A stretch of 64,000 nt of DNA. Origin: an uncultured cyanobacterium. Lineage in GTDB: Bacteria; Cyanobacteriota; Cyanobacteriia; PCC-6307; Cyanobiaceae. Below the pieces are notes generated by a model. That model worked only from the letters and a program-made list of their open reading frames with translations, was not told the origin of the DNA and did not search any database. The stretch lies in the NCBI GenBank assembly GCA_963697335.1, contig CAVONQ010000010.1:64001-128000 (forward strand), read 5' to 3'. The translations under genes were made by a program, and so were the position numbers. Positions 20,131 to 29,752 of the stretch are shown here, one piece after another. Position 1 is the first letter of the stretch. Every line of letters starts with the position of its first letter.

Positions 20131-21816
20131 TCAGCCCGTGGGCTCGCCGCCGAACAACTCCAGCTGCTGCACCCTGCTGTCGCGCGGACGCCTTGGGGCG
20201 CGGGGTCGCTCCACGGGCGTGCGGCCGCCCATAAACCAGCTCTCCAGCGCGGCTCGCTCCTCTCTCTCGAGGCTGCCGGGCTCCAGGCCTTCCGGAAAAA
20301 GGGCCGGATGGCGCTCTTGGCACCAGTCGGTGCAGCTGCCGGGGATGCGGCTGGCCCCGAAGGGGGTGACATCGCTCGGCATGGCACTGAAGCTGCCCCG
20401 GCTCCATCCCTGGCGTCGCTTTTGGAGCCAGGCCAGGCGGTCCGCTCGGGCGCTGGCGTAGTCGAGCATGGGCGGCGGATAGTCGGCCATGGCAGGCGGT
20501 TGGCCCAGCTGGTCGTTGGTGAGGCCTTCGAGCTCCGGCAGCCAGCGACGCACGAACACCCCCTGGGGGTCGCAGCGGTCCACCGCCAGCTGCCCTGGGT
20601 GGTAGATGCGGGTCCAGGCCCCCTGGCCACCCGTGTCGCCGCCTCCCTTCGCGTCGCCACCGGTGGTGACGCCCGCCTGCATCGCCCACTGGTAGTGATC
20701 GATGGGACAGTCGCCATCGAGCAGATGGCGCATGTAGTGGAGGGCGCCGTAACGCCAGTCGATGCCGCAGAGATTGGTGAGGAAGCTGGCGTGAATGGCA
20801 CGGCTGCGGAAGTTGAGCTCGTGCCAGCCGCCGGTGGCCAGCAGACAACGGGAGGCGGCATCGACGATCGGGAAGCCGGTGCGCCCCTCCTGCCAGCGCA
20901 GATAAAGCTCCTCCTGGCGGGCGTTGAGCCGGGCCTCCTGCTGGTGGCAGTGCCACAGGGGCTCCAGTTCCAGTTGGGGGAGGTACCGAAACCGCTGGGC
21001 CATGCCCGCACCCCAGCGCAGACGACTCACCAGCTGCCGCCAGCTGCGCTGCTGGCCGCTGTCCCCGTGCTGCAGCGGCGCGATGGCTTGGAGGCATTGG
21101 CGATGGCTCACCACCCCGAACTTGAGGTAGGGGCTGAGGCCGGAACTGGCGCGGGCGGCGGGGTAGCTGAGCTGCCAGTAGTAGCGCGACGACACGCCCT
21201 GGCTGCAGAACAACTTCAGTCGCTTCAAGGCTGCCGTTGTGCCGGCCGGCGGCCGGGGTTTGCCGTCGTCACCCAGCCCCAGGGCCGCCAGATCCGGCAG
21301 GGGAGTGGGCGCTCCGTCGGGGTGGGGAGGGGTTCGCAGCCGGGTGGGGGCCGGCAGGGCCGGCTCCGCCATCGCCGCGTGCCAGGATCGGCGAAATTGG
21401 GTGTAGGGCAAAAGGGCAGCCACTGCTCCCGGAGGTTCTATCCAGTGGATGGGTATGCCCGCCTTGGCCAGTAGGCGATTGACGCGGGCATCGCGGACCC
21501 GGCCCACGATCCTCTCACTGTCCACATGGGCCACAACGCCATCGGCGCGGTAGTCGCGGACAACCTGCAGGAGGGTGGCGGCCGGTTCGCCCCAGCGCAC
21601 TTCCAGGCGTGACTGACGCGCTTGCAGATCCTTGGCAAGGCTGGCGAGGCTATCCAGCATGACGGCCACCCGGGCAGCACCGGTTTCGGGATGCAGCAGC
21701 AGGGCCGGGTCGAGAATAAACAGCGGCACTACCCCTCCATCGCAGGGGATATGACACAGGGCTGGGTGATCGCTGATCCTGAGATCCCGACGAAACCAGA
21801 CAACCTGCAGAGTCAT
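20131..21816 (-). CDS. Cryptochrome/photolyase family protein (divergent)
   Basis: WFRRDLRISDHPAL, SGLSPYLKFG, GRTGFPIVDA, IDWR, DPQGVFVRRWLPEL. Confidence 0.9.
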   Translation of the reverse strand: MTLQVVWFRRDLRISDHPALCHIPCDGGVVPLFILDPALLLHPETGAARVAVMLDSLASLAKDLQARQSRLEVRWGEPAATLLQVVRDYRADGVVAHVDSERIVGRVRDARVNRLLAKAGIPIHWIEPPGAVAALLPYTQFRRSWHAAMAEPALPAPTRLRTPPHPDGAPTPLPDLAALGLGDDGKPRPPAGTTAALKRLKLFCSQGVSSRYYWQLSYPAARASSGLSPYLKFGVVSHRQCLQAIAPLQHGDSGQQRSWRQLVSRLRWGAGMAQRFRYLPQLELEPLWHCHQQEARLNARQEELYLRWQEGRTGFPIVDAASRCLLATGGWHELNFRSRAIHASFLTNLCGIDWRYGALHYMRHLLDGDCPIDHYQWAMQAGVTTGGDAKGGGDTGGQGAWTRIYHPGQLAVDRCDPQGVFVRRWLPELEGLTNDQLGQPPAMADYPPPMLDYASARADRLAWLQKRRQGWSRGSFSAMPSDVTPFGASRIPGSCTDWCQERHPALFPEGLEPGSLEREERAALESWFMGGRTPVERPRAPRRPRDSRVQQLELFGGEPTG

Positions 21817-21825
21817 GCTATTTGC

Positions 21826-21855
21826 TTGCAATCGGTTGGGTCGAATGGTAATAAT
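21826..21855 (+). promoter_or_regulatory. Putative promoter of cyAbrB gene
   Basis: TTGCAA-N17-TAATAA(T) with TG upstream of the -10, in an AT-rich 62-nt divergent spacer. Confidence 0.45.
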
Positions 21856-21878
21856 GTGAGGAGTGCGATTCTGTTTTT

Positions 21879-22241
21879 ATGCTCACCGGAACAGACCTCC
21901 TCAACAAGGTCAAGGAGCTTGGCGATGTTGGCAAATCCGATCTCGTGCGGGCCTGCGGCTACGTGTCTACCAAAAAAGACGGCAGCGAGCGGCTGAACTT
22001 CACGGCATTCTACGAGGCTCTTCTAAGTGCCAAGGGAGTGGATTTCGGCGCTGCTCCCTCCACCGGCAAAGGGGGACGCAAGCTGAGTTTTTCCACAAAG
22101 GTGCAATTCAATGGCAATCTGATGGTGGGCAAGGCCTACACCGCCTTGCTGGGCCTCGAGCCCGGTGATGAATTCGAGATCAAGCTGGGCCGCAAGCAGA
22201 TTCGCCTGGTGCCCCTGGGTGGCGAGGACGAGGAGGAGTGA
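21879..22241 (+). CDS. Cyanobacterial AbrB-family transcriptional regulator
   Basis: MLTGTDLLNKVKEL..ACGY..RLNFTAFYEALL..VQFNGNLMVGKAY..FEIKLGRKQIRL. Confidence 0.93.
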   Translation: MLTGTDLLNKVKELGDVGKSDLVRACGYVSTKKDGSERLNFTAFYEALLSAKGVDFGAAPSTGKGGRKLSFSTKVQFNGNLMVGKAYTALLGLEPGDEFEIKLGRKQIRLVPLGGEDEEE

Positions 22242-22246
22242 CGGCC

Positions 22247-23929
22247 TCAAGTTGGCTGAGCCACGGCCAGAGCCACTTGCTCAGCCAGCTTGATGCCGTC
22301 GATGGCGGCAGAGAGGATTCCACCGGCATACCCAGCCCCTTCACCTCCCGGATAGAGCCCCGGGGTGTTGAGGCTCTCGAGGGTTGTGCGATCGCGGGGA
22401 ATCCTCAGCGGTGATGACGTACGCGTTTCCACGCCGGTGAGCAGGGCACCGGAGCTGCTGAATCCAGGAAGCTTGCCCTCGAAGGCGGGCAGCGCTTCCC
22501 TGAGGGCACCCACCACGTAGGGCGGCAGGCAGCTGCTCAGGTGGGCCCGATGAACACCAGGCTGGTAGGAGGGAATCACGCTCGTGAAGGCCCCCTCCCC
22601 CTGGCCCTCAGGGCTGATGTCGGCCAGGAAATCGGCAACGGTCTGGACCGGTGCCTGGTAGGCGCCCCCACCCGCCGCGAAGGCCAGCTGTTCCCAGTGC
22701 CTCTGGAAGGCCACCCCCGCCAGCGGGTCGTGCTCGAAGCGGCCGTAGGACAGTAGATCCTCCAGGGTGACCGGCACCACCAGGCCGCTGTTGGCATTGC
22801 GCTCGTTGCGGGAGTGCTGGCTCATGCCATTGGTCACCACCGCACCGGCCTCCGAGGTGGCCCCCACCACCAGGCCGCCCGGGCACATGCAGAAGCTGTA
22901 GACGCTGCGGCCCTCCAGGCCCGCCCCGCTGCAGTGGTGCACCAGCTTGTACTCGGCGGCGCCTAGGCGGGGGTGCCCGGCCGCCTCGCCCCAGCGGGCC
23001 CGGTCGATCAGGGGCTGGGGATGCTCGATCCGCAGACCGATGGCGAAGGGCTTGGGCTCCAGCGCCACGCCACACTCCTCCAGCTTCACGAAGGTGTCGC
23101 GGGCGCTATGACCCACCGCCAGCACCACCGCGTGGGTGGTGATGGTCTGGCCATCGGCCAGCCGCACGCCCTGTACCCTGCGGCTGCCAGGAGCCAGGAG
23201 CAGCCCCTCCACCCTGGTGCCGAAGCGCACGTCCCCACCCAGCGTCTCGATCCGCTGCCGCAGCCCCCGCACCACCGTGGCCAGCTTGAAGGTGCCGATG
23301 TGGGGGTGGTGGTGCGTGAGGATCTCCGGGTTGGCCCCGGCGGCCACCAGCTCCTCCAGCACCTTGCGGCAGTAGGGGAGGGGTTCGCTCACCTGGCTGT
23401 AGAGCTTGCCGTCGGAGAAGGTGCCGGCACCGCCCTCGCCGAATTGGGCATTGGACTCCGGGTTGAACGGCAGCTGGCCCTTCCAGAAGCCAAAGGTGTC
23501 GGCGCTGCGCTGCTTCACGGCCGGCCCTCGCTCCAGCAGCAGGGGCCGCAGCCCCATCTGGGCCAGCAGCAGGGCGGCGAAGTAGCCGCAGGGTCCCGCG
23601 CCCACCACCACCGGCCGGGTAGCGGCGCTGTAGCTGCCACTGCCGGTGGGCAGCACGGGGTGATAGGTGCTGTCGGGGCTGGGCCTCAGGTGGGGATCCC
23701 CGCGGAAGCGCTGCAGCAGCCGCTCCTGCTCCCGCTCGCTGAGATCGAGCACCAGATCCAGGCTGTACACCAGCTGGATCGGCTTGCCGCGGCGGGCATC
23801 CACACTGCGCTTCACCAGCTGGTGGTGGCTCAGCTGAGCGGCGCTGAGCCGCAGCCGCCGGCAGATCGCCGCTGGCAGATCGGAATCCCCATGGTCCAGG
23901 GGCAGCTTCAGCTCACTCAGCCGCAGCAA
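22247..23929 (-). CDS. NAD(P)/FAD-dependent oxidoreductase
   Basis: VVGAGPCG, FGEGGAGTFSDGKL, SFCMCPGG, GEGAGYAGGILSAA; TTG start 23929 inferred. Confidence 0.9.
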   Translation of the reverse strand: MLRLSELKLPLDHGDSDLPAAICRRLRLSAAQLSHHQLVKRSVDARRGKPIQLVYSLDLVLDLSEREQERLLQRFRGDPHLRPSPDSTYHPVLPTGSGSYSAATRPVVVGAGPCGYFAALLLAQMGLRPLLLERGPAVKQRSADTFGFWKGQLPFNPESNAQFGEGGAGTFSDGKLYSQVSEPLPYCRKVLEELVAAGANPEILTHHHPHIGTFKLATVVRGLRQRIETLGGDVRFGTRVEGLLLAPGSRRVQGVRLADGQTITTHAVVLAVGHSARDTFVKLEECGVALEPKPFAIGLRIEHPQPLIDRARWGEAAGHPRLGAAEYKLVHHCSGAGLEGRSVYSFCMCPGGLVVGATSEAGAVVTNGMSQHSRNERNANSGLVVPVTLEDLLSYGRFEHDPLAGVAFQRHWEQLAFAAGGGAYQAPVQTVADFLADISPEGQGEGAFTSVIPSYQPGVHRAHLSSCLPPYVVGALREALPAFEGKLPGFSSSGALLTGVETRTSSPLRIPRDRTTLESLNTPGLYPGGEGAGYAGGILSAAIDGIKLAEQVALAVAQPT

Positions 23930-24036
23930 GGGATCTCCTCGACGGTGTCCCAGTTGTAGATCGGCGAGCTTCTGTTGCAATCGTCCCTGGTCGCCCCCAC
24001 CACCTACCAACTCCCGGCCATCGTGGGTGCAATCCC

Positions 24037-24195
24037 GTGCCCATCAGGGACCTGCGCTCGCTGCCCATGGGTCTGGCCCACTGTCCCCTCTGTGTCGCCC
24101 TGGCGGTGCTGGCCGTGCTGCGCAGCGGCGCCCATGCCCTGCAGCTCTGGCAGTTGAGGCCCGCCGCGGTGCCGCTGCCCATCCCCTCTCCCTAG
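24037..24195 (+). CDS. Putative small membrane protein with CxxC motif (absent from the ORF track)
   Basis: GTG 24037 or ATG 24067 to TAG 24195: (VPIRDLRSLP)MGLAHCPLCVALAVLAVLRSGAHALQLWQLRPAAVPLPIPSP; mostly G/C-ending codons. Confidence 0.5.
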   Translation: MPIRDLRSLPMGLAHCPLCVALAVLAVLRSGAHALQLWQLRPAAVPLPIPSP

Positions 24196-24264
24196 GGTCT
24201 GGCGTGGAGTGCAGGCGAGGGTCTGTGCTTCCCCCAACCCGTGTTGCTGCAGCTGCTTTTCTGA

Positions 24265-25038
24265 ATGTCTTCCGCCCCCGAGGTCTGCAGACTCGAAGCC
24301 ACCTACTTCGGCGCCAACGGTTGGCTGCTGCAGTTCGACCAGCTGAGGGTGCTGGTGGACCCCTGGCTCACCGGAACCCTGGAGTTCCCGCCGGGCCCCT
24401 GGCTGTTCAGGGGGCAACTGCCCCGCCCCTGGCCCGCCCCGGAACGGCTGGATCTGCTGCTGCTCACCCAGGGCCTGCCCGACCACTGCCATCCCGCCAG
24501 CCTGGCGCTGCTGGATCCGAAGCTGCCTGTGGTGGCCTCCCCCACGGCGGCGCGCCGGGCCCGGGAGCTGGGTTTTCAGCAGGTGACCACCCTGGCCCCA
24601 GGGCAGTCCCACAGCATCCATGGGCTCAGCATCCTCGCCACGGCGGGGGCCCCGGTGCCCCAGGTGGAGAACGGCTACCGGCTTGACCATGCCGCCGGGA
24701 GCCTCTACCTCGAGCCCCACGGCTACCTCGATCCCACCTTGGCGGCCGAGCCCCTCGATGCGGTGATCACTCCAGTGGTGGACCTGGGCCTTCCCCTGGC
24801 CGGGGCCTTTGTGAGGGGCCAGCAGGTGTTGCCGCAGCTGCTGGAGCGGCTGAGGCCCTCCACCGTGCTGGCCAGCACGGCCGGAGGGGATGTGCGTTTC
24901 GATGGCCTGCTCAGCCGTGCCCTCTGGCAGCGGGGCAGCGCAGCCGAGGCCGCCGGCACCATTGCCGCCCGGACCCAGCCCCCCCGCTTCATTGATCCCA
25001 TCCCCGGCGAGCCCTACCGGCTGACGCGGCCGGATTGA
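24265..25038 (+). CDS. MBL-fold metallo-hydrolase
   Basis: GANGWLL, VLVDPWL, TQGLPDHCH, LYLEPHG. Confidence 0.85.
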   Translation: MSSAPEVCRLEATYFGANGWLLQFDQLRVLVDPWLTGTLEFPPGPWLFRGQLPRPWPAPERLDLLLLTQGLPDHCHPASLALLDPKLPVVASPTAARRARELGFQQVTTLAPGQSHSIHGLSILATAGAPVPQVENGYRLDHAAGSLYLEPHGYLDPTLAAEPLDAVITPVVDLGLPLAGAFVRGQQVLPQLLERLRPSTVLASTAGGDVRFDGLLSRALWQRGSAAEAAGTIAARTQPPRFIDPIPGEPYRLTRPD

Positions 25039-26009
25039 TGGCCTCCCTGGCGCCACTCTGGGCCATGGCCCAGCCGCTGCGATGGCTGCAGGAGTGGGGC
25101 CGCGATCCGCTGTTGGTCAAGTTCGCCTCTGCCGCGGTGGTGCTCGTGGTGATCAGCCTGCTGATCCGTGCGAGCCAGGCCTCCCTCACCCGCTACCTGC
25201 GGGATGCCGACTCCCGCTACTACGCCCGCAAGCTGGTGGCGCTCAGCGGCTATTTCATTGCCCTGGTGGGCCTCACCGTGATCTTCAAGGACCGCCTGGG
25301 CGGCCTCACGGTGGCGATCGGTGTGGCCGGCGCGGGGATCGCCTTTGCCCTTCAGGAGGTGATCGGCAGTGTGGCGGGCTGGATTGCCATCTCCTTCGGT
25401 GGCTTCTATCGGCCCGGCGACCGGGTGCAGGTGGGGGGGATCAAGGGAGATGTGATCGATGTGGGCATCCTGCGCACCACCTTGATGGAGCTGGGCGAGT
25501 GGGTGGATTCAGACCTCTATTCGGGCCGGATCGTGCGGATCGCCAACAGCTTCGTGTTCAAGGAGCCGGTGTTCAACTACTCCGGCGACTTCCCCTTCCT
25601 CTGGGATGAGCTCCGACTTCCGGTGCGCTACGGCAGTGACCACCGCCTGGTGCGCCGGATTCTCGAGACCATCGGGGCGGAAGTCGCCACCGACGTGCTC
25701 ACCGATGCCGTGCGCCAGGCCTGGGCCGAAATGCTGCAGAAATACCTATTGGAGCATGCCCGCATTGACCACCAGGTGACCCTGGTGCTCACCGACAACT
25801 GGATGGAGTTCACCCTCCGCTACGTGGTGGATGTCAAGAAGCGGCGCCTGATCAAAGATCAGATCTATACCCGGATCCTTGAGGAGTTCGAACGCTTTTC
25901 CCCCAGGGTGAGTCTCTCCTCCACCACCATGGAGGTGGTGGCACTGCCGCCGCTGGAGGTGCACCTGAACAACCCCTACTCCGGCCCACCTGCTGAGCCC
26001 GAGCCTTGA
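25038..26009 (+). CDS. mscS: Small-conductance mechanosensitive channel family protein
   Basis: GVAGAGIAFALQE, PGDRVQVGGIKGDVIDVG, IANS. Confidence 0.88.
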   Translation: MASLAPLWAMAQPLRWLQEWGRDPLLVKFASAAVVLVVISLLIRASQASLTRYLRDADSRYYARKLVALSGYFIALVGLTVIFKDRLGGLTVAIGVAGAGIAFALQEVIGSVAGWIAISFGGFYRPGDRVQVGGIKGDVIDVGILRTTLMELGEWVDSDLYSGRIVRIANSFVFKEPVFNYSGDFPFLWDELRLPVRYGSDHRLVRRILETIGAEVATDVLTDAVRQAWAEMLQKYLLEHARIDHQVTLVLTDNWMEFTLRYVVDVKKRRLIKDQIYTRILEEFERFSPRVSLSSTTMEVVALPPLEVHLNNPYSGPPAEPEP

Positions 26010-28468
26010 CCCGGCCCAGGGGCCCCAGATCGGCAGCTCAGCTCAGCTTCGATCGCGGCCACGGCGATGCGGGTGCTGAGCACGGCATCGGGGTTGAGGC
26101 TGATCGAATCGATGCCCTCCTCCACCAGGAACGCGGCGAAGTCTGGATGGTCGCTGGGGGCCTGACCGCAGAGGCCGATCTTGCGGCCGCAGCGGTGGGC
26201 GGTGCGGATCGCCAGCTGGATCATCGCTTTCACCGATGCGTCGCGTTCGTCGAACAGATCCGCCACCAGGGCTGAATCGCGATCCAGCCCCAGGGTGAGC
26301 TGGGTGAGGTCGTTGGAGCCGATCGAGAAGCCATCGAAGCGCTCGGCGAAGGCCTCGGCACTGATCACGTTGCTGGGCAGCTCGCACATCACATACACCT
26401 GGAGGCCGTGCTGGCCGCGCACCAGCCCGTGCTGCGCCATTGCGGCCAACACCCGATCCCCCTCTTCGGGGGTGCGGCAGAAGGGCACCATGGGAATCAC
26501 GTTGACCAGCCCCATGGCCTCCCGCACCCGCCGCAGGGCACGGCACTCGAGACCGAACGCGTCTCGAAAGGCCGGGGCGTAGTAGCGGGAGGCGCCGCGC
26601 CAGCCGAGCATGGGGTTGTCCTCATGGGGCTCGAACGCGCTGCCGCCGAGCAGCCGGGCGTACTCGTTGCTCTTGAAGTCCGAGAAGCGCAGGATCACCG
26701 GGCGGGGGTAGAAGGCGGCGGCAAGGCGCGCCATCCCCTGGGCCAGGCGATCCACGTAGTACTCACTGGCCTCGGCATAGCCAGCGATGAGGCTGGCGAT
26801 CGCCTGCCGTTCACCTGCGTCCGTCACCCGTTCCGGCTCCAGCAGGGCCAGCGGATGCACCCGGATGTGGTTGGCAATGATGAACTCCAACCGGGCCAGC
26901 CCCACCCCGTCGCAGGGGATCGCCGCCAGCTTGAAGGCCTCCTCCGGGTTGCCCACGTTCATCAGGATCTGGGTGTGGGTGGAGGGCAGGTTGTCCAGGG
27001 GGCGCTCCTCCACGGAGAAGGGCAGGGCACCGCGGTACACCCGGCCCTGATCCCCCTCGCAGCAGCTGGCGGTCACCTCTTCTCCGTCGGGAATGCGGCG
27101 GCTGCCGTCGCCGGTGCCGACGATGGCCGTGATGCCCATCTCGCGGGCAATGATCGCCGCGTGGCAGGTGCGGCCGCCCTGGTCGGTGATCACGGCGCTG
27201 GCCCTTTTGAGGATCGGCTCCCAGTCGGGGTCAGTGCGCTCGGTGACGAGCACCTCCCCCTGGCTGAACCGAGCGATCTCGCCGGGGTGGCGGAGGATCC
27301 GGGCCCGCCCGCTGCTCACCGAGGCGCCGATCGCCCGCCCCTGGGCCAGTTGCTCGGCGCTGTGGGGAGCCAGATGCCAGGTCCGCAGCACCGCCGCTGA
27401 TCGGCGGGACTCCACCGTTTCCGGCCGGGCCTGCAGGATGTACAGGTCGCCGCTGCCGCCGTCCTTGGCCCACTCGATGTCCATGGGGGTCGGTGTTCCC
27501 CGCTGGGCGCTGTAGTGGCGCTCGATCGCACAGGCCCAGCGGGCCAGCTGCAGGGCTTCGGCGTCGCTGATGGCGAAGCGGCAGCGCTCCTGCTGTGGCA
27601 CCGGCTGGGTGAGCGTGCTGGCATGGCCGGGCTCGGGGGCGCCGGCACCGGCCGGGGGGGCGTCGGCATAGACCATCCGGATCGCCTTGCTGCCCAGGCG
27701 CCGGTGCACGATGGCGTCAAATCCCTGCTCCAGGGTTGGCTTGAAGATCAGATATTCATCGGGGTTCACCGCCCCCTGCACCACCGTTTCCCCCAGGCCG
27801 TAGGCGGCGGTGAGCAGCACCGCGTCACGGAACCCCGTCTCGGTGTCGATGCTGAACATCACGCCTGAAGCGGCCAGGTCGGAGCGCACCATCCGCTGCA
27901 CGCCGATCGAGAGGGCCACCTCCAGATGCTCGAAGCCGTGGATCTGGCGGTAGGAGATGGCCCGGTCGGTGAACAGGGAGGCGTAGCAACGCCGGCAGGC
28001 GGCCAGCAGGGCCTGTTCACCGCGCACGTTGAGGAAGGTGTCCTGCTGGCCCGCAAAGGAGGCCTGGGGCAGGTCTTCGGCCGTGGCGCTGGAGCGCACG
28101 GCCACCGCCGGGGGTTCGCCGCCGGGCTCCAGGGCCCTAAAGGCTCCGACAATCGCCTCCTGCAGGTCAGGGGGCAGGGGGGAGCCCAGCAGCAGGGCCC
28201 GGGCGGCGGCGCCTGCGGCCTGCAGCGCCCCCAGATCGCTGCTGTCGAGACCCTCCAGCAGGTCCTTGAGCTGCGGTTCGAGGTCGTTGACGGCGAGGAA
28301 GTGGCGGTAGGCGGCCGCCGTGGTGGCGAAGCCGCCGGGCACCCGCACCCCCTGGCCACCGAGTTCCCGGATCATCTCTCCGAGGGAGGCGTTCTTGCCG
28401 CCCACCTGGGGCAGGGCTTTCAGATCCACCGCTGCCAGCGGCAGCACCAGGGGGTCAGCAGGGGTCAT
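25976..28468 (-). CDS. ppsA: Phosphoenolpyruvate synthase
   Basis: VGGKNASLGEM, VRSSATAED, GGRTCHAAII, FSIGSNDLTQ, LCGQAPSD. Confidence 0.97.
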   Translation of the reverse strand: MTPADPLVLPLAAVDLKALPQVGGKNASLGEMIRELGGQGVRVPGGFATTAAAYRHFLAVNDLEPQLKDLLEGLDSSDLGALQAAGAAARALLLGSPLPPDLQEAIVGAFRALEPGGEPPAVAVRSSATAEDLPQASFAGQQDTFLNVRGEQALLAACRRCYASLFTDRAISYRQIHGFEHLEVALSIGVQRMVRSDLAASGVMFSIDTETGFRDAVLLTAAYGLGETVVQGAVNPDEYLIFKPTLEQGFDAIVHRRLGSKAIRMVYADAPPAGAGAPEPGHASTLTQPVPQQERCRFAISDAEALQLARWACAIERHYSAQRGTPTPMDIEWAKDGGSGDLYILQARPETVESRRSAAVLRTWHLAPHSAEQLAQGRAIGASVSSGRARILRHPGEIARFSQGEVLVTERTDPDWEPILKRASAVITDQGGRTCHAAIIAREMGITAIVGTGDGSRRIPDGEEVTASCCEGDQGRVYRGALPFSVEERPLDNLPSTHTQILMNVGNPEEAFKLAAIPCDGVGLARLEFIIANHIRVHPLALLEPERVTDAGERQAIASLIAGYAEASEYYVDRLAQGMARLAAAFYPRPVILRFSDFKSNEYARLLGGSAFEPHEDNPMLGWRGASRYYAPAFRDAFGLECRALRRVREAMGLVNVIPMVPFCRTPEEGDRVLAAMAQHGLVRGQHGLQVYVMCELPSNVISAEAFAERFDGFSIGSNDLTQLTLGLDRDSALVADLFDERDASVKAMIQLAIRTAHRCGRKIGLCGQAPSDHPDFAAFLVEEGIDSISLNPDAVLSTRIAVAAIEAELSCRSGAPGPGQGSGSAGGPE

Positions 28469-28574
28469 TGGCGGCGGTGCGGCTGAGCTGAATCTGACCC
28501 GGATGGACAGTCTGCGCTCCGACTGTGAATGGGCCTAAAGACTGGGTGAGCCGGATTCCGGGTGGCACAGTGGA

Positions 28575-29072
28575 GTGATTCAGCACGCCCCACCCACGGT
28601 TTTCGTGTTCCGTTTCTCCCAGGTTTGCACCGCCCTCAGCGCGCGGACGCTTGCCACCACCGCCACATCTGTGACCACTTCCCTGGCTGTGGCGATGGCT
28701 GCAACCATCTCCCTGGCACCTGCGGCCTTGGCCCAGGCGGCCGCGGCTGGCAAGCCGGCCACGATGGAGTTGATGAACGACATGGCCCTTGCCGCCGCGG
28801 TCAACGTGTGCGAGCTCGCCGTGGAGTCCAAGGTCCCGGTGGAGAAGGCCGTGTTGTCCAACGCCAAGGCCATCACCTATGTGGTGACCAGCCGCTACGG
28901 CAGCCAGGTGGCCAACGCCGGCACCCTTCAGCCGGAGCAGATCGCCAATGGCGCGATCATTCAGGTGGTGGGCCGGGTGCGCCAGGGCTGCTACGCCAAG
29001 CTCGCCGGCGCCGACAAGAAGTTCGTCGATGAGGTGATCACCGAGTACTCGAACGCTGTCCAGAAGAAGTAG
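28575..29072 (+). CDS. Exported hypothetical protein
   Basis: Signal-like segment ending ALA, two Cys, coding-like codon usage; start uncertain. Confidence 0.7.
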   Translation: MIQHAPPTVFVFRFSQVCTALSARTLATTATSVTTSLAVAMAATISLAPAALAQAAAAGKPATMELMNDMALAAAVNVCELAVESKVPVEKAVLSNAKAITYVVTSRYGSQVANAGTLQPEQIANGAIIQVVGRVRQGCYAKLAGADKKFVDEVITEYSNAVQKK

Positions 29073-29084
29073 ACCTGAGGCGCT

Positions 29085-29312
29085 TCAACGCTGGTCGTCT
29101 GTTCGCTGACTGTCGCGGCTGTTCTCGGGAGCAGGCTCCGGCAGCAGCTGGGCCAGCAGGCCGGCGCCCATCAGCAGGCCGCCCAGCACGGCCGCCAGGG
29201 TGCGGTTGTCGCCCCCAGGCCCGTCACTCCACACGGCAGCGGCCATGAAGGCGCCCCCCAGCAGCAGGCTGGGCACCAGCACGATCCCCTTGGCAGTGCG
29301 ATTCAGGCTCAT
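29085..29312 (-). CDS. GIVxVP family small membrane protein
   Basis: [14 protein letters not shown], two TM helices. Confidence 0.8.
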   Translation of the reverse strand: MSLNRTAKGIVLVPSLLLGGAFMAAAVWSDGPGGDNRTLAAVLGGLLMGAGLLAQLLPEPAPENSRDSQRTDDQR

Positions 29313-29752
29313 GGACTGCTCGGGCAGTCCTCGCCTCCGACGGGGTCAGCCGTGGCCAGGCCTTGCTGCACCAGGCCGGCGCCGAGGTCCAGGGGATCTG
29401 GACCCTCTGGCGCCAGCCGGGTGACCCTGGCCAGCAGCATGCCGTCAGCCGTGCCCATCGGCCGCAGGTTGACGCGGCTGCGCCGCGGCAGTTCAGCCCG
29501 CAGCCAGTCGGCCACCCCGGCCTGGCTCTCGGGGTCAATGCGGGTGCAGGCCAGGGCCACGGTGTAACTGCGGTTGCCGTCACCCACCTGCAACTGGCCG
29601 TTGCCCCGCACCTGCAGCACCTGAGCGGCCTGGGCCACCGAGGGCCAGAGCAGCCATCCGGCCAGCGCCGCCAGCAGCAGGCTCAGAGCTTGGCGCCGCA
29701 GCTGGGGCAGAAGCGGTGGTCGCTGGCCGTGCTGATGCCGCAGCTGTTGCAT
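29309..29752 (-). CDS. Exported thermonuclease (SNase)-like protein
   Basis: Signal peptide, [27 protein letters not shown]; true start probably near 29686. Confidence 0.65.
   Translation of the reverse strand: MQQLRHQHGQRPPLLPQLRRQALSLLLAALAGWLLWPSVAQAAQVLQVRGNGQLQVGDGNRSYTVALACTRIDPESQAGVADWLRAELPRRSRVNLRPMGTADGMLLARVTRLAPEGPDPLDLGAGLVQQGLATADPVGGEDCPSSP

Noticed and set aside
25976..26009. Tail-to-tail overlaps (mscS/ppsA, pyrC-like/lepB, lipoate ligase/M50)
   Set aside because: Short convergent overlaps are ordinary in compact GC-rich picocyanobacterial genomes
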